Shown: piece by piece, positions 62,161 to 64,000 of the stretch
Numbering within the stretch: position 1 is the first letter of the stretch
Layout of the letters: each line of letters begins with the position of its first letter
Assembly (NCBI GenBank): GCA_002633005.1
Contig: NMRA01000095.1
Coordinates: 363,901-427,900, forward strand
Source of the DNA: Phoronis australis
Taxonomy: Eukaryota; Animalia; Phoronida
DNA length: 64,000 nt
Reading direction: 5' to 3'
Notes under the pieces: model-generated
What the model saw: only the letters and a program-made list of their open reading frames with translations
Database searches by the model: none
What the model was told of the DNA's origin: nothing
Made by a program: the position numbers and the translations under genes

Positions 62161-64000
62161 TTGAATATTTTAATGAGTATATGTTCATGACCTCTGCAAA
62201 GAGGAAAATCTTCATGGCCGTCAACATGAAATTCCATGGATCGTTGCTTTTTTCAAGGGTATTTTTGGGATGTTTTCTTGGGATTTTGATTTTTGAGTGA
62301 CATGCAGTAAAAATGATTAAAAGAACATATTTACTACAATACTTTAATTTTACGCCTGAGGAGAATTTTATAACAAATTTTCACTGGAAAAAGAGTACCA
62401 AAATGGGCAAAATTTTGTCCAAAAGTGCTTATCGAATATCAAGCGGGTGTTTGCAAAACTAAACAATTTTGGCCACCTCAACTGTTGAGATTGCAGTGTT
62501 TTCTTAGGTTTGGAAGCTGGACACTATTACTAATCGTTTCCTGCATTACTCCATGTTGAGCTGTAATTTTCAAACCTATCCTTCATCTCATCAGTGGTTA
62601 TTGTCGTGATGAGATGTTGATTTTGATGGCCTAAACAAGAAATTGAGAAGCGTGAACATTTTGTATTTAACATCTGTACAGTCACCTTTTACCAGAGTGG
62701 ATCAAATGTTGAGCACTTGCTGTTTCGGCACGCATGATTGATTTTTGCGTTTGCAGGATTGTATTAATGAATGTGGAGTTACCAAGTACAGTCTTATCAG
62801 TATTCTTGTTAGCACAGTTGACAAAAGAGGGCTCTCTATGCATAGTTTTGACTATCATTGGAATACTGTCTTGCAATTCGTGTTAATTTAAAGCTGAGTT
62901 TGTCTCTATATGAGATATTCATTCTGTAAAAATATGAATGATGCTAAAAATTTTTTAACTTTGTTATTCCTAAGTGTGCTACCTTACCCAATCTTACTGT
63001 GTTTGTATCAAAGCCCCTGTCAGCAGTGTTGAGATTTTCCATGAAAAGTCTGTGAATTGTCTAAGCCAAGAAAATGTTAGAATTATTTCCGTAAATCTAT
63101 ATAGGAACTTTAGTTTTAACATGTAAAATGAACTAAAATGTAAACAAGCAGTTTTGGTCTGAGCTGCTAAATTAGTAGAATTTTATTGGTCGCTGAATTA
63201 GTTTGAAGAAAATGTACTCTTGTTTCGTTTTATTATAGTTTGCTACACAGCGAGTGGAACTCAAAACACCTACACAGCAGTCTAACATAGACTAAGTACA
63301 CACAGACAATCCAACCTAACAGTCACTGATTAGTGAAAATAATAGCCCGCGGTAGAATCAAGGTACACAAATGCACTCAAGTCTGATGCTATTTGGCTTG
63401 ATTAACGCAATCGCTCTTAAAAGAAAATTCAGAGCAGCATTGTAGACCAAATAAAATAGTCTTTCTATGGCTGAGTGCAGGTATCTTTAAAGGTAAGGTG
63501 TTCTTTTATTTTCACACATTTCTGAGAGACCTAGACTGAGTTAATTTTTTGTTTGTCTGCAAAAATCAAGTTTGTCTCTTTTTTATCCGAACGCCCAATC
63601 CCTTCTAGCTTGCATGATGTCATTTGCAAATTTCTCTGATGTCACTATGGACAACCAATAAATGCATATGGCCACAATAATTTACATGTTGAAAGGCAGT
63701 GCCCAATGATGTCTGTGGGGTCAAAGGTCAAGGGGAATAATTTGGTTGCAGTAAAGTTTCCTAAATTCTGAATAAAAGTAAATACCAAAATTGTCATTTT
63801 TTCAACTTTCAAAAGCTAAGTTAAAATGCTTGCAATTTCGTTGTGTATTTGTTTATGACAGTTGTGCATTATAAACTTTGAAAATGATGAAGTAAAAGTT
63901 TTATTACCTTGCTGTAAAATTTAGTAAAAAATACAATTTTTCTGTACTTCGCCTTATCGTGTACAACCATGGACTGAATGGAGTTCATCGATGTCTTGGA

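Overview
Eukaryotic, AT-rich, intron- and repeat-rich animal DNA, probably a marine invertebrate such as a mollusc (inference). It contains one N-gap and one probable assembly duplication. Main content: (1) the 3' end of a Penelope-like retroelement (GIY-YIG endonuclease) followed by a minimal hammerhead-ribozyme motif; (2) a decayed, spliced CaRF-like gene on the minus strand; (3) a six-exon plus-strand gene (5841..21451, about 327 aa), reconstructed by hand because the ORF track misses most of it, encoding a signal peptide, an Arg/Tyr/Trp/Ser-rich repetitive domain and five 6-Cys PLAC-like modules but no protease domain; (4) a tRNA-Ser(GCT) cluster (two intact genes, two pseudogenes) and an (AGC)n tract inside intron 1 of that gene; (5) an 11-finger C2H2 zinc-finger gene with a single coding exon on the minus strand; (6) many MITEs, a tRNA-derived SINE, LINE remnants and minisatellites; (7) a mostly non-coding right half with short candidate plus-strand exons and a cluster of CTCF-like motifs. 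No CRISPR array, rRNA or prokaryotic system was found. All family assignments rest on motif recognition by eye, not on database searches.
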